NCBI GenBank assembly: GCA_041741175.1
Contig: JBGSKP010000571.1
Location: 3,001 to 67,000 of the forward strand
Reading direction: 5' to 3'
Length of the DNA: 64,000 nucleotides
Origin: Thiocapsa sp.
Lineage (GTDB): Bacteria; Pseudomonadota; Gammaproteobacteria; Chromatiales; Chromatiaceae
The position numbers and the translations under genes are program-made. Below the pieces are notes generated by a model. It worked only from the letters and a program-made list of their open reading frames with translations, searched no databases and was not told the origin of the DNA. Numbering within the stretch: the stretch's first letter is position 1; the number at the start of each line of letters is the position of its first letter. Of the stretch, positions 52,150 through 63,300 are shown in pieces.

Positions 52150-53496
52150 ATGGCCGCGCTGGTGACCGACACCATCGTCGCTGTAGCGACACCGCCGGGA
52201 TTCGGCGGTGTCGGTATCGTTCGGGTCAGTGGCGGTCTGGTTCCTCGGATTGCACTCGGCATACTCGGTCGCCTTCCTTCTGCGCGCTCTGCATGCTTTG
52301 CCACGTTCCACGATGCTGAAGGCGGTTTTGTCGACCAGGGCATCGCCCTTTACTTCCCTGCGCCGGCGTCCTTCACCGGCGAACATGTCCTTGAACTTCA
52401 GGGCCATGGCGGTCCTGTGGTGATGGATTTGCTGGTTCAGTGCTGTCTGGATCTGGGTGCTCGGCTTGCCCGCCCCGGCGAATTCTCGGAACGCGCTTTT
52501 TTAAACGGGAAACTCGACCTCGCTCAAGCGGAGGCCGTCGCCGACCTCATCGAGAGCTCGACAGATCTCGCTGCCCGCCTCGCGGGGCGTAGTCTGCAAG
52601 GGGTCTTCTCGCGGCAAGTTGATGACCTGATCGAACGTCTCATCCGGATGCGTACGTTCATCGAGGCGACGCTCGATTTCCCCGACGAGGAACTCGCTCT
52701 CTCTGCCGATCTCGGAATCTCCGACGACCTCCAGGCGATCATTGATCAGACCCGCGAGCTGATGGGGACCGCGCGTGTCGGACAGGTCATACGCGAGGGC
52801 CTGGCAGTCGTCATCGTGGGCCCGCCAAATGCTGGGAAATCTAGTTTACTCAATGTCTTATGCGGACAAGACGCGGCCATCGTCACGCCCGTCGCAGGAA
52901 CCACGCGTGATGTGCTGAAACTCGATATTCAGGTCGATGGGCTCCCGATTCGAATCGTGGATACCGCCGGGCTGCGTCACAGTGAGGATCTTGTCGAACG
53001 CGAGGGCGTGCGCCGAGCACGTGCTCAATTGGATCAGGCCGACTTAGTACTGTGGGTCTACGATGCCTCGGAGGGCCCCGACTCGATCACACGGGAAAGC
53101 CTACCGAGCGAAATCCCGGTAACGCGTGTGCGCAATAAGATCGACCTATTCGGTATCTCGCCTGGTATCGTCGAGGTCAACACCGGACCGGAGATTTCCC
53201 TGTCGGCCGTGACCGGTCGGGGACTGGATCTCTTACGATCGCATCTCAAAGACCGCGCCGGTTTTGGTGCACTGGCCGAAGGGGCGTTCGTGGCGCGTCG
53301 CCGACACCTCCAGGCTCTCCGCCGAGGACTCGATGATCTGGAATCCGCCCGGCACGCCTTGGATCAAGGATCCGGCGCGGAACTCGTCGCCGAGGATCTA
53401 CTCCGAGCCCAGCACGCCCTCGGCGAAATCACCGGCCGTTTCACATCCGAAGACCTGCTCGGTCGAATCTTCTCGACCTTTTGCATCGGAAAATAA
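52150..53496 (+). CDS. mnmE: tRNA modification GTPase MnmE
   Basis: DTIVAVATPPG, SFTGE, GPPNAGKSSL, GTTRD, DTAG, NKID, terminal FCIGK. Confidence 0.99.
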   Translation: MAALVTDTIVAVATPPGFGGVGIVRVSGGLVPRIALGILGRLPSARSACFATFHDAEGGFVDQGIALYFPAPASFTGEHVLELQGHGGPVVMDLLVQCCLDLGARLARPGEFSERAFLNGKLDLAQAEAVADLIESSTDLAARLAGRSLQGVFSRQVDDLIERLIRMRTFIEATLDFPDEELALSADLGISDDLQAIIDQTRELMGTARVGQVIREGLAVVIVGPPNAGKSSLLNVLCGQDAAIVTPVAGTTRDVLKLDIQVDGLPIRIVDTAGLRHSEDLVEREGVRRARAQLDQADLVLWVYDASEGPDSITRESLPSEIPVTRVRNKIDLFGISPGIVEVNTGPEISLSAVTGRGLDLLRSHLKDRAGFGALAEGAFVARRRHLQALRRGLDDLESARHALDQGSGAELVAEDLLRAQHALGEITGRFTSEDLLGRIFSTFCIGK

Positions 53497-53611
53497 TCAC
53501 CGTTTCCAATAGGCTCATCGAAGGTCGCGCGGCTGTTTTATTCTCCAGTGGCAACCGCGAAGCGTATTCGCTTTGTCTCCACACCGAAATCCGCTGTCTC
53601 TGCTGCCCCAA

Positions 53612-54244
53612 TCAGTCTGGTTCCTCAGCGCGCGGACAGTGTCGGTGCGGATTCCTGCTCATCGGCAGGAGGGGGGGTTCGAAGGTGTCGTCAATGATGG
53701 CGCAGAGGACATGGCCGATTGCGATGTGCATCTCCTGGATATGTGGCGTGTCGTGGGACGGGATGACGATGGGACAGTCGACTTGGGTTCGGAGGTTGCC
53801 GCCGTCGCGACCGAGCAAGCCGATGGTTTTGATGCCCTTGGATCGCGCGCTATCCACTGCGGCGATGACGTTTGGCGAGTGGCCCGAGGTCGAGATGGCC
53901 ACGAGCACATCGCCCGGTTGACCGAGCGCCTCGATCTGACGCGCAAAGACCCGTTCGAAGCCGAGGTCATTGCCGATCGCGGTCAAGGCGGACGAGTCCG
54001 TGGTCAGCGCCAAGGCCGGCAGTGCGCGACGGTTGGGTACCCCGTAGCGGCCGGTCAGCTCCGCAGCGATATGCTGCGCGTCGGCTGCGGAGCCACCATT
54101 GCCGCATAACATGACCTTGTGGCCCGATCCGAGTGCGCTGATCAGGAGTGCCGCGGCGTCGGCGACGACAGGACCGAGTGTTTCACGCACGGCTAGGGCG
54201 ACGTCGAGGTGTCGGTACAGGTGTGCGTCGAATCGATTAAGCAT
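53612..54244 (-). CDS. gmhA: Phosphoheptose isomerase (SIS domain)
   Basis: CGNGGSAADAQHIAAEL, TAIGND, ISTSGHS.NV, IQEMH...GH.LC. Confidence 0.9.
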   Translation of the reverse strand: MLNRFDAHLYRHLDVALAVRETLGPVVADAAALLISALGSGHKVMLCGNGGSAADAQHIAAELTGRYGVPNRRALPALALTTDSSALTAIGNDLGFERVFARQIEALGQPGDVLVAISTSGHSPNVIAAVDSARSKGIKTIGLLGRDGGNLRTQVDCPIVIPSHDTPHIQEMHIAIGHVLCAIIDDTFEPPLLPMSRNPHRHCPRAEEPD

Positions 54245-54467
54245 GAGGGAGTGGACCCGAGTCAGTGGATGTCGACACGGCGGATTGCCGTTGGATTGTG
54301 AGGAGCTGGATGCCGTTCTGTCAAAGTGATGCGCCACGCTGGGTGGCCGTGCGCGGTATCACCTGTCGATGACCAACGCGGCGTGAAGCGCCTCCGGTTA
54401 GACGTCCAGCCCAAGACCGACGTCAACAGTCTAGAATGGGGTCAATTCTGGCCCGGTCATCCGCATC

Positions 54468-56588
54468 ATGAACACTGTCCCCGACATCTTCTCGCATCGC
54501 AAGTACTGGGCGCACAAACTGGGTACGGCCCCTGAGCTGCCCATGTCTCGCGCCGAGATGGACCTGCTTGGGTGGGATTCCTGCGATGTGATCATCCTGA
54601 CCGGGGATGCCTATGTCGATCATGCCTCGTTCGGTATGGCGATTATCGGGCGTTTGCTGGAGGCACAAGGGTTTCGCGTCGGAATCATCGCGCAGCCGGA
54701 TTGGACCTCTGTGGAGGATTTTCGGCGTCTCGGGCGGCCGAATCTGTTCTTCGGCATAACCGCCGGGAACATGGATTCGATGGTCAATCGCTATACCTCG
54801 GACCGGCGCCAGCGTTCCGACGACGCCTACACGCCCGAGGGTGCACCAGGCCGTCGCCCGGACCGCTCGGTGACGGTTTATGCGCAGCGCGCGCGCGAGG
54901 CGTTCAAGGGAGTGCCGATCGTCATCGGGGGTATTGAGGCCAGCCTGCGACGCATTGCTCACTATGACTATTGGTCCGAGCAGGTCCGTCGCTCCGCCTT
55001 GGTGGATGCCAAGGCCGATCTGTTGATCTACGGGAACGCTGAGCGCGCCTTGGTCGAGTTGGCCCACCGCCTGGCGCGCGGTGAGTCGATCGAGCGCATA
55101 CGCGATCTGCGTGGCACGGCGTTCATGACCCGCAGTGTGCCGGAGGATTGGGCCGAGATCGACTCGAGTGGACTCGATCAACCCGGCCGGGTCGATCCAC
55201 ATCCTGATCCCTATGCGAGCGTCACGAAGCGGACAGGAACGGAGTCGATCACCGGGTCGGACGATCGGTCTCCGGTCTCTTCTTCGCAGCCGCCGCGCGA
55301 GCAGATCGTTCACCTTCGTGTGCCGCGCTCGGACCGCACCCGGACGGTTGTGCGACTGCCGTCGTTCGAGCAGGTCCGTGACGACCCGGTGCTCTACGCG
55401 CACGCCTCGCGCGTCTTCCACCTGGAGACCAATCCCGGGAATGCGCGCTCCATGATCCAGGCCCACGGCGATCGGGATGTTTGGATGAATCCTCCGCCCA
55501 TCCCCTTGACCACGCCCGAGCTGGACCGGGTTTATGAGCTTCCCTACAGCCGTCGGCCGCATTCGAGCTACGCCGAGGCGCGGATCCCGGCCTGGGAGAT
55601 GATCCGGTTCTCGATCAACATCATGCGGGGTTGCTTCGGCGGCTGCACCTTCTGTTCCATCACGGAGCACGAAGGGCGCATCATCCAAAGTCGCTCGGAG
55701 GCGTCGATTCTGCGCGAGGTCGAGGAGATCCGCGACCGCACGCCTGGATTTACGGGCACCATCTCGGATCTCGGCGGGCCGACTGCGAACATGTGGCGGC
55801 TCGCCTGCAAGGATCGACGTATCGAGTCTTCGTGTCGCCGTCCATCCTGCGTCTATCCCGGGGTCTGTCCGAACCTCAACACCGACCATACCCCACTGAT
55901 TCAGCTTTACCGCCGCGCGCGCGCCATCCCCGGCATCAAGCGTGTCCTGATTGCCTCCGGTCTGCGCTACGACCTGGCCGTGCGCTCCCCTGAGTACGTG
56001 CGCGAGCTGGTCACACACCATGTCGGCGGTTATCTCAAGATTGCGCCCGAGCACACCGAGGCCGGTCCGCTCAGCAAGATGATGAAGCCGGGTCTCGGGA
56101 CCTACGACCGTTTCAAGGAGTTGTTCGATCGCTATTCACGCGAGGCCGGCAAGGAGCAGTATCTCATCCCCTACTTTATCGCCGCCCACCCCGGCACCAG
56201 CGATGAAGACATGCTCAATCTCGCCCTCTGGCTTAAGCGCAACGGCTTTCGCCCGGACCAGGTGCAGGGGTTTCTGCCGACACCGATGGCGATCGCCTCG
56301 ACCATGTATCACACTGGTCGGAATCCGTTGAAGAAGGTCACGCGCGATTCGGAGCGCGTCACTGTGGTGCGCAACCAGCGTCAGCGACGTCTACACAAGG
56401 CGTTCCTGCGCTATCACGATCCCGAGAACTGGCCGCTGCTGCGCGACGCCTTAAAATCGATGGGCCGCGCCGATTTGATCGGCAATGGCAAACGTCATCT
56501 GGTGCCGGCGTTTCAGCCCGCCGGAACCGGTCGAGCGCTGGAGGGTCGCCGCCGTCCCGGCGGCGGCATTGTGCATCACCGGCGCTAG
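54468..56588 (+). CDS. ygiQ: YgiQ family radical SAM protein
   Basis: [54 protein letters not shown]. Confidence 0.95.
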   Translation: MNTVPDIFSHRKYWAHKLGTAPELPMSRAEMDLLGWDSCDVIILTGDAYVDHASFGMAIIGRLLEAQGFRVGIIAQPDWTSVEDFRRLGRPNLFFGITAGNMDSMVNRYTSDRRQRSDDAYTPEGAPGRRPDRSVTVYAQRAREAFKGVPIVIGGIEASLRRIAHYDYWSEQVRRSALVDAKADLLIYGNAERALVELAHRLARGESIERIRDLRGTAFMTRSVPEDWAEIDSSGLDQPGRVDPHPDPYASVTKRTGTESITGSDDRSPVSSSQPPREQIVHLRVPRSDRTRTVVRLPSFEQVRDDPVLYAHASRVFHLETNPGNARSMIQAHGDRDVWMNPPPIPLTTPELDRVYELPYSRRPHSSYAEARIPAWEMIRFSINIMRGCFGGCTFCSITEHEGRIIQSRSEASILREVEEIRDRTPGFTGTISDLGGPTANMWRLACKDRRIESSCRRPSCVYPGVCPNLNTDHTPLIQLYRRARAIPGIKRVLIASGLRYDLAVRSPEYVRELVTHHVGGYLKIAPEHTEAGPLSKMMKPGLGTYDRFKELFDRYSREAGKEQYLIPYFIAAHPGTSDEDMLNLALWLKRNGFRPDQVQGFLPTPMAIASTMYHTGRNPLKKVTRDSERVTVVRNQRQRRLHKAFLRYHDPENWPLLRDALKSMGRADLIGNGKRHLVPAFQPAGTGRALEGRRRPGGGIVHHRR

Positions 56589-56593
56589 ATGGT

Positions 56594-57919
56594 TCACGTC
56601 TCCTCGTAATAGATGTCTCGATAGGCAATATAGATGGCGATCAGCAGGACCGGGAGTACTACCAGCAGTCCGAGAAACAGGGGCAATGCGCCGAGCATGA
56701 TCATCAACACGGCGGCGAGTCCGTAGATCAAAAATGGCAGGATGTTCTTCAGGCAGCCGGTGAAGCTCAGGCCGAACGCCTTGAGCACCGGGACGCGATC
56801 AAGTGCGACGAGGAGCGGGGCAAAGAACAAGGCCATGCCCAGAAGGATGCCCAAGAGCATGACCACGAGGATGGGCAGAAGGAGTACGGGCATCGAGAGG
56901 AAGAGATCGACGTTCCCCGGGCCGATCGCCGACGGGTCTAAGGTCGATGTCATTGTTGCGAGGACTGCAGCGAACAAAATGCCGCCAATCAGGACGATTG
57001 CGACCGTCATCAGCAGATAGACCAGACCCACCAGGGCCAGCGGACCAGGTGTTCCGGATACGCCAGCGAACAGGTGGCCGACCTCGAAACGACCAGCCCG
57101 ATATTGCCGATGTGCGCCGATCATGAGTCCAGCACTGAGCATCGGCGAGAGGATGGTGACAACCAGACTCCCAATCATTGGCACCAGGCTGAGTGCCAAA
57201 ATGATCAGGTAGAAGAGCACCACTGCACCGATCCAGGCGCCAGGCTGCTGTTTGAAGAGCGTCCAGGCATCGGTGATCCAAATCCAGCCGTTCCCGGCAG
57301 GACGAGATTTCGGCCCACCGAGACGATCGTAGCCCCTGTCGGGAGGTGGCGGCGTCAAGTCTGCCCGCGGTGGTGCATACAGCGACTCGACCGGGTCGGA
57401 TTTGCCTGGCTCGCCGATACCTTGGTTGACGAGGTATTGTTCGGCCAGCACGCCGCAAGCCTGACAGACGCCGGCGACTGCCGACACGGCGTCTGAGCCG
57501 CACTTCGGGCACCTTCCGAAGGTCTCCCTGGTAGGCCCCCTGGGGTGATTTGCACTGCCCGGTGTCTCCTTGCCGCTGTGAGGCCGTTCTACCCTATGTC
57601 GCGGCGTCTCTTTGTCCAGGTAAGGAATCCGATTGTCCGCGACGGTGCGTAGGGTTGGCCCGTTCGCTTCAGGCATGGGAGTTACCAAGGCTGGATCGAC
57701 GATAACTTGCAGGCCGACCGCATTGAGCGCGTCTCGGTAGCGTTTTGCTTCATCGGCGCCCAACCCCTGCTTCAGCACGCGTCCCTTGCCCTTGAGGATA
57801 AGATCGCGTGCCGTGTCCTCATTCAACTTGAACTTGACCGCCAGCGGCGAGACGACCTCAGCGAGCGTCCTCCCCGGCATGAGCTCGCCAGCAAAGAGGA
57901 TCCGATAGTCGGCTTGCAT
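56594..57919 (-). CDS. Zinc-ribbon plus BPSS1780-like multi-pass membrane protein
   Basis: N-terminal YRILFAGE domain, CPKCG..CQACG, LYAPPRADL, G..WI.DAW.LF, several TM helices, SF.GCLKNILPF, Y.AYRDIY. Confidence 0.8.
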   Translation of the reverse strand: MQADYRILFAGELMPGRTLAEVVSPLAVKFKLNEDTARDLILKGKGRVLKQGLGADEAKRYRDALNAVGLQVIVDPALVTPMPEANGPTLRTVADNRIPYLDKETPRHRVERPHSGKETPGSANHPRGPTRETFGRCPKCGSDAVSAVAGVCQACGVLAEQYLVNQGIGEPGKSDPVESLYAPPRADLTPPPPDRGYDRLGGPKSRPAGNGWIWITDAWTLFKQQPGAWIGAVVLFYLIILALSLVPMIGSLVVTILSPMLSAGLMIGAHRQYRAGRFEVGHLFAGVSGTPGPLALVGLVYLLMTVAIVLIGGILFAAVLATMTSTLDPSAIGPGNVDLFLSMPVLLLPILVVMLLGILLGMALFFAPLLVALDRVPVLKAFGLSFTGCLKNILPFLIYGLAAVLMIMLGALPLFLGLLVVLPVLLIAIYIAYRDIYYEET

Positions 57920-58016
57920 GGGGTTCTCTCCTGACTTGCGATTCTTCGGCAGCACAACCGCTTGCTTGCCGCAGGCGACATGGCGCATCGGGGCGGCACC
58001 TGCACGTGGAGCGCGA

Positions 58017-60026
58017 TTAAGCGGTCAAGCGCCTCAACCAGGCAAGGATACCCGGCTCGGCTTCCCAGACATCGCGCATCGCCTCGCGGTACATCCATGC
58101 CTGATCATCTGCGCCGGGAGCGATGCCGGGGAAGGCGCCTGGTGCGGTCGCGGAACCGACACCCTGTCCCAGAGCCGATGAGGCGAGGCGTGGACGCTTG
58201 ATGCGCTTGCGGGTCAGATACTGAGGGATACGGGGCAAACGGTGGACAACGGTACGCAGGACCAGGCGTGCGCGGTCCTGTCGACCAAGACGGTAGAGTG
58301 CCAGGACCTCGCCGTAAGCGAGATCGGCGAGTGCATCATTCGGGAAGCGCCGAGCCAGGGCGAGTGCACGCTCGTCTTCGCCGTCGCGTAGATAATGATT
58401 CATCAGCTCGGCGCGTACGCCGTGATGATCGCGAGGGTTAAGGCGCAGCAGCATCTCCAGTGTCCGCGATGCGCCGCGCGGCTCGCCTTCGTCGATCTGG
58501 CACAGATACAGGCGGAACAGCAACCGCAGGGCTGGACGGTTCGGGGGCGCAGACCAGGGAATCTGGTGTGGCGCGTCCTCGGGCAGCACCTGTTCCAGGA
58601 TCGCGCAAGCGCGCTCTAAGAGCGGACGCAACAGAAGATGCGAGATCCAGGGCAACGCGCTCTCGGGGTGCAGATAGAGCGCGGTCGCAAGATCGTCGAG
58701 GATATCCAGACTGTCGGCCAGTACCGGTTGTGTCAGCAGATGGTCAAGCCATTCCGGATTCGACCACAGATCGACCTCCTCCAGTGGCATCAGCTGGGTC
58801 GAGCTGGGCTTGGTGCCCGGAAACACAGAGCTCCAGTCCGTTTCCACCAGCCGCACGGCTGCCGGGGCGCGTAACTGCGCCGGGGCGGGGCCGTTTGTCG
58901 ACAGACCGGCGTCGGTGTTTCCGGCGTCGGCGCCTGGCACAGGGGCATCGACCTCATCGAAGAGCGCGAGTTGCCCGGGCAGCCATCCGGGGCCATGCAC
59001 ATTCAAAGCTTCCAGCCGATAGGCGGGTACGGGGCGGGCCTGAATCAGCGTGATCCAGTCATACAGATCAAGGAGCAAGGGGTCGAGCGCGTCGGCATGA
59101 CTGTCGACGAGGGCCTCTTGTGGGTCCTCGATTGCGTGCATCAGGAAATCCAGAACACCCGAATGCTCGAACCGCTGCTGGCGTAACCGGAAGAGCCAGA
59201 ATCGGGCGCGCTCGCGGGCAATCCAATCCTTATGCTGAGAGGCCAGGAGAGTGATCTCCAGGATTGCGGTTCCGGGGTTATCCGGATCGCTGCGCAATGC
59301 CGCGGTCAATGCGGCATCTGCTGCGCTGAAGTCACCCTCGTCGATCGCCATCGTGCAGCGTCGCTGCCAGGCGACGGCCTGCAGAGCGCGGCTACCCTCG
59401 GTACAGATTCGTTCGAGAAAGTCCTGCTTCTTGCGGGAGTAGCTGAGCCGGTCATAGGCATCGCAAAGGATATCGATCGAGGGCTCGAACTCGCCATCAA
59501 GCGCATCGAGTGCCCCGGCAAACAAGGGCTCCAGGAGCGCGACCGCGCGTCTGGGGCGATCCTCGGTCAGCCAGCGATCGGCGATCCGTGCGATCAGGGG
59601 CTCGGGCACCGCCTGCAAGTCCAATGCTTCGCGTAGTCCGTGCTCGGATAATTCATCGAGCAGGATCTCCCACACGAGATCGCTGGACAGTTCAGGTAGA
59701 TCGTCGATGGCACCGCAGCAGTCTCGATAACGACTGCCCGATCCGCAGGAGCAGGGCTCCTCGGGGGGGTGCGGCGTCATGAGCTGGGTTTGGAAAGCAT
59801 GCGTCGGCTGTGGAGTCGCGTTCCAGATCGCCGTTCCAAGCAGATTGGCGAGCCTCCGCTGCTCAATCTCGTCGAATTGTGCACCGGACAACCCGAGCAT
59901 TTCCGGGAGATGACCACGCGCCCACTCGAGGAAGTCTTCGGGATCGGGTACAAGCAGAATTTGTCGTACGGAACGCTGAATCACCTCTTCGAAGCGTCCG
60001 GTATCGGCTATGTCGTGGTCCAGCAT
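58017..60026 (-). CDS. SEC-C motif / TPR-like helical protein
   Basis: PCSCGSGSRYRDCC SEC-C motif, helical repeats, LNPRDHHGVR motif; GGAGGAG RBS. Confidence 0.8.
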   Translation of the reverse strand: MLDHDIADTGRFEEVIQRSVRQILLVPDPEDFLEWARGHLPEMLGLSGAQFDEIEQRRLANLLGTAIWNATPQPTHAFQTQLMTPHPPEEPCSCGSGSRYRDCCGAIDDLPELSSDLVWEILLDELSEHGLREALDLQAVPEPLIARIADRWLTEDRPRRAVALLEPLFAGALDALDGEFEPSIDILCDAYDRLSYSRKKQDFLERICTEGSRALQAVAWQRRCTMAIDEGDFSAADAALTAALRSDPDNPGTAILEITLLASQHKDWIARERARFWLFRLRQQRFEHSGVLDFLMHAIEDPQEALVDSHADALDPLLLDLYDWITLIQARPVPAYRLEALNVHGPGWLPGQLALFDEVDAPVPGADAGNTDAGLSTNGPAPAQLRAPAAVRLVETDWSSVFPGTKPSSTQLMPLEEVDLWSNPEWLDHLLTQPVLADSLDILDDLATALYLHPESALPWISHLLLRPLLERACAILEQVLPEDAPHQIPWSAPPNRPALRLLFRLYLCQIDEGEPRGASRTLEMLLRLNPRDHHGVRAELMNHYLRDGEDERALALARRFPNDALADLAYGEVLALYRLGRQDRARLVLRTVVHRLPRIPQYLTRKRIKRPRLASSALGQGVGSATAPGAFPGIAPGADDQAWMYREAMRDVWEAEPGILAWLRRLTA

Positions 60027-60355
60027 TGCGATCTCCTCCGCCGAGTGGAGGCAATTTGGGGATCCGCCAGCCGGGGCCGCTCTTACTTCGCGGTGTACTC
60101 TGCATCACGACAGCTTGTGGCAGTCACCGAAGCGGTCGGCCGGCGGGCAGTTGGCGTCCCATTTGGATCAGGAAGTGCTTTGATAGGATCAGTGCCGCCA
60201 CGGTCGCACTTCGCCTATTGTAAACACGTCCGTCGAAGCTTTGTCGATGATCTGGCACAGGTGAGATGCTCAAATATCGGGCGTCGATCCTTTGCCATGT
60301 GTTTCATTGAGCCCTCTACCTTATAGTTGTGGCATCGCCGCTCCAGATCACCCTC

Positions 60356-63300
60356 ATGACTGAGCCCAAGGTTAGAATATTCGTCTCCTCGCCGTCTGAC
60401 CTTGAGCACGAGCGTGCCCTGGTCAAGGATGTCATTGCGACGCTTGCTCAGGAGTATCTGCCTTATTTCAGGCTGCAGGCCATTCTCTGGGAAGAGGAGG
60501 CATTAACGGCGGCCCAGAGCTTTCAAGCCGGGCTGCTGCGCCCGTCCGAATGCGAGATCGTTCTCGTCATGCTCTGGACCCGGCTCGGCACCCCGCTCGC
60601 CGATGATCCGTATGGCGGTATGACGGGCACCGAATGGGAGTTCGTCGATGCGGTTCAGGCATCGGTCCTTGCGGGCACCCCCGAGGTGCTGGTGTACAAG
60701 AAGACCGCGCCGCGCCTGGTGGATGTCAACAATGCCGAAGCGACGCGCGAGGCGCTCGCCGATCGACAACGGCTCGACGACTTCTTCCGCACGCATTTCT
60801 ACAACCCGGACGGCAGCTTCAGCCGTGCCTTCAGACAGTTTGGCAGCGATCGATCGTTTCGTGAGCTGGTCGAGACGCAGCTGCGCAAGCTCTTGAATCG
60901 CAGGATCAGTGCAGAGCGGCGGTTCGCCTCCACCGGGGGTGATTGGCACGGTAGTCCCTTCCGAGCGGTTGCTCCTTTCGATCTGGTCGACGACCGGGTC
61001 TTCACGGGGCGCGAGACCGAGACGCGAGAACTGGTGACTCGATTGGAGACCCTGCAAGGAGCTGGTCACGGGCTTCTCCTGATGAGTGGGTCGAGCGGCG
61101 TTGGCAAGACCTCGCTAATCCGTGCCGGACTCCTGCCGCGCCTGATTCGGCCATTCCTCTTTCCGGGCGTTGCCGGATGCCGCTGGTGTCTTGTTGACTT
61201 CGACGATCGCAGCCCGATCGAGTCGCTGGCTGCGGCACTGATCGCCCCCGGTATGCTGGGCCCCGCCTTGGAGGCCTTCGGACTCGATGTCGGACGCCTG
61301 TCGCGCCTCCTGGCGAGCGAGCCGGACGTCGCGGCCGATCAAATCCAAGCCGCACTCGCCTGGATGGCCGACGACCCGGCGAGCCGCGTCGACGCCTCCA
61401 ACGGCCGGCTTCAGCTCGCTGTTATCGTTGATCCGCTCGACCGGCTTTTTCGGCCTGTCATGCGCGATTCGCCGGATGTCCGCGCGGTCACGCGGGCCTT
61501 GGCATTGCTCGCCGTGCGCGAGGGCGTTTGGGTCATTTCATCGCTGCGCAGCGACTATCTCGGCCACCTCGATACGACGCCCGACCTGGCGTCCCTGTTG
61601 AACGATCAAACCTGGTTTCGGTTGGAGCCACCGCCCCCGTCTCGCATCAGGCAGGTGATCGAAATTCCCGCCCGTGTCGCCGGCGTCGAGTACGAGGGGA
61701 TGTCGGACGGCGCAGGGCGTGGCTTGGTCGAGGCGTTGGAAGCGGAGGCGAGCGCGCTGCAGCACTGGCCGGCCGTCCTGGAGCCAGCCCTGCATGCGAT
61801 TTATCTGAGCGCCGAGCAGAACTCAACCCGCTCCGACGACCCGGCTCATCGGCTGCTGAGGATCCGCGACTATCGTCGCGTCGGCGGGCTCGCTGGCACC
61901 CTGCTGCGTCGGGCCGAAACCCTCTGGGAGGACCTGGAGCCGCCGATTCATGAGGCCTTGCCGGTACTCTGTCGAGCATTGATCGCACTGGAAGGCGGCG
62001 CGGCATCGCTCAGCGCTCGAACGGGCGATCTCGGCACGCTCGGGAGAAACCCAGCCGTCGCGAGTCTCATCGAGTCGCTGATCGAGTCCCGACTGGTGGT
62101 CGCCGAGGGCGTCGCCGACCCCTCGGCGCGCCTGCCCTGCACGCAAGCCGCGCTGCAGCTCAGGGGCGATCTGCTGCGCCTTGTCACGCAGACCGGCGAG
62201 GGGTGGCGTGCGCGCCTGTTGAAGAGGGCTTCGGCGACAGCACTTGAAGCGATGGTCGCGTCCCCCCCGGATGCGCCAGCCGACCCGGACGTGGATCAGG
62301 ATTTCGACCCGACCGCGATGTTGCCTTGGCAGGACTATCATCCGACCGTACGCTTCATCCATCCGGCGCTCTTCGAGCAGTGGCAACCGGTTCGGGACTG
62401 GCTTGCCGATCCAAACAACCGCCGCGACCTGATCCTGCGCTACCAGATCTCCCGCCAGGCCCGACTTTGGAAGCGTACCGACTGCAACCGTGAATACCTG
62501 CTGGGCGAGGCCGGCTATGCTGCCGCGCTTGGTTTTGTGGAGCGCTACGGCGAGGAGCTTGAACCGCTTGAACGGGAACTCCTGGATCAGTCGCGCGAGT
62601 TCCTGGCCTATCAGCGCCGGCGCAACCGCGGGGCGCGGCTGCTTGGGCTGACCTTGGCCATCCTTCTGGTGTTTGCGACCATGGCGGCTTTCTGGGCCTG
62701 GGGCGCCTCGCGTGAAGCCACCTTGAATCTGCAACGCAGTCTGCTCAAGGCGGCCGATATTGCCGTGCAACAGGGCAATACGCCGGAGGCGGTTCGGCTT
62801 GCGCTGAACGCCGGACCCTATCTCCCGGAAGTGGCTACCGACACGCTCAGCCGCGCCTTCACCACAAACCGTCTGATCGCAATGGTTCAGTCCGAGGTGA
62901 CGGCAAGCGACCAGCCGTTGCCGCCGGCGTTTCGCAGCGACGGCGAGCGTCTGGTGACGCAATCCCAGGGCGAAGGTGCTCAGCTTTGGGCGTTGCAGGG
63001 CCAACGTTTTCAGCCGGCGAGAACCCTGTTCGTCCCGAAAACACCGATCCATTCGGTGCGCTTTGTCGGCAGTGGTGAGCCGCAGACGATTCTTGGAATC
63101 GGCGAGGCGGGCGTTTGGCGTCTACCTGCCGAGCCCGGTCAAGCGCCGCACTGGAGCTGTGGCGCTCGTCCCGACAGTCCGATCGCAGTGGATCCGACCG
63201 GACGCTTCCTCGCACTCTCTCATGGCGCGCCTCAGGATCGGTTTGCGGTGTGTCTCCTGGATCTGAGCCGTCCAGATGAGCCGCTCTGGGATGCGGCCTT

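Noticed and set aside
54423-56054. 543-aa minus-strand ORF, and similar long antisense ORFs over gltB, ctpA, glnA and wbpM and at 61823-63052
   Set aside because: They lie opposite well-supported genes and have no motifs; these are shadow ORFs expected from GC-rich codon bias.
60253-60270. TGGCAC...TGC sigma54-like motif upstream of the STAND gene
   Set aside because: GG-to-GC spacing is 12 rather than the required 10.
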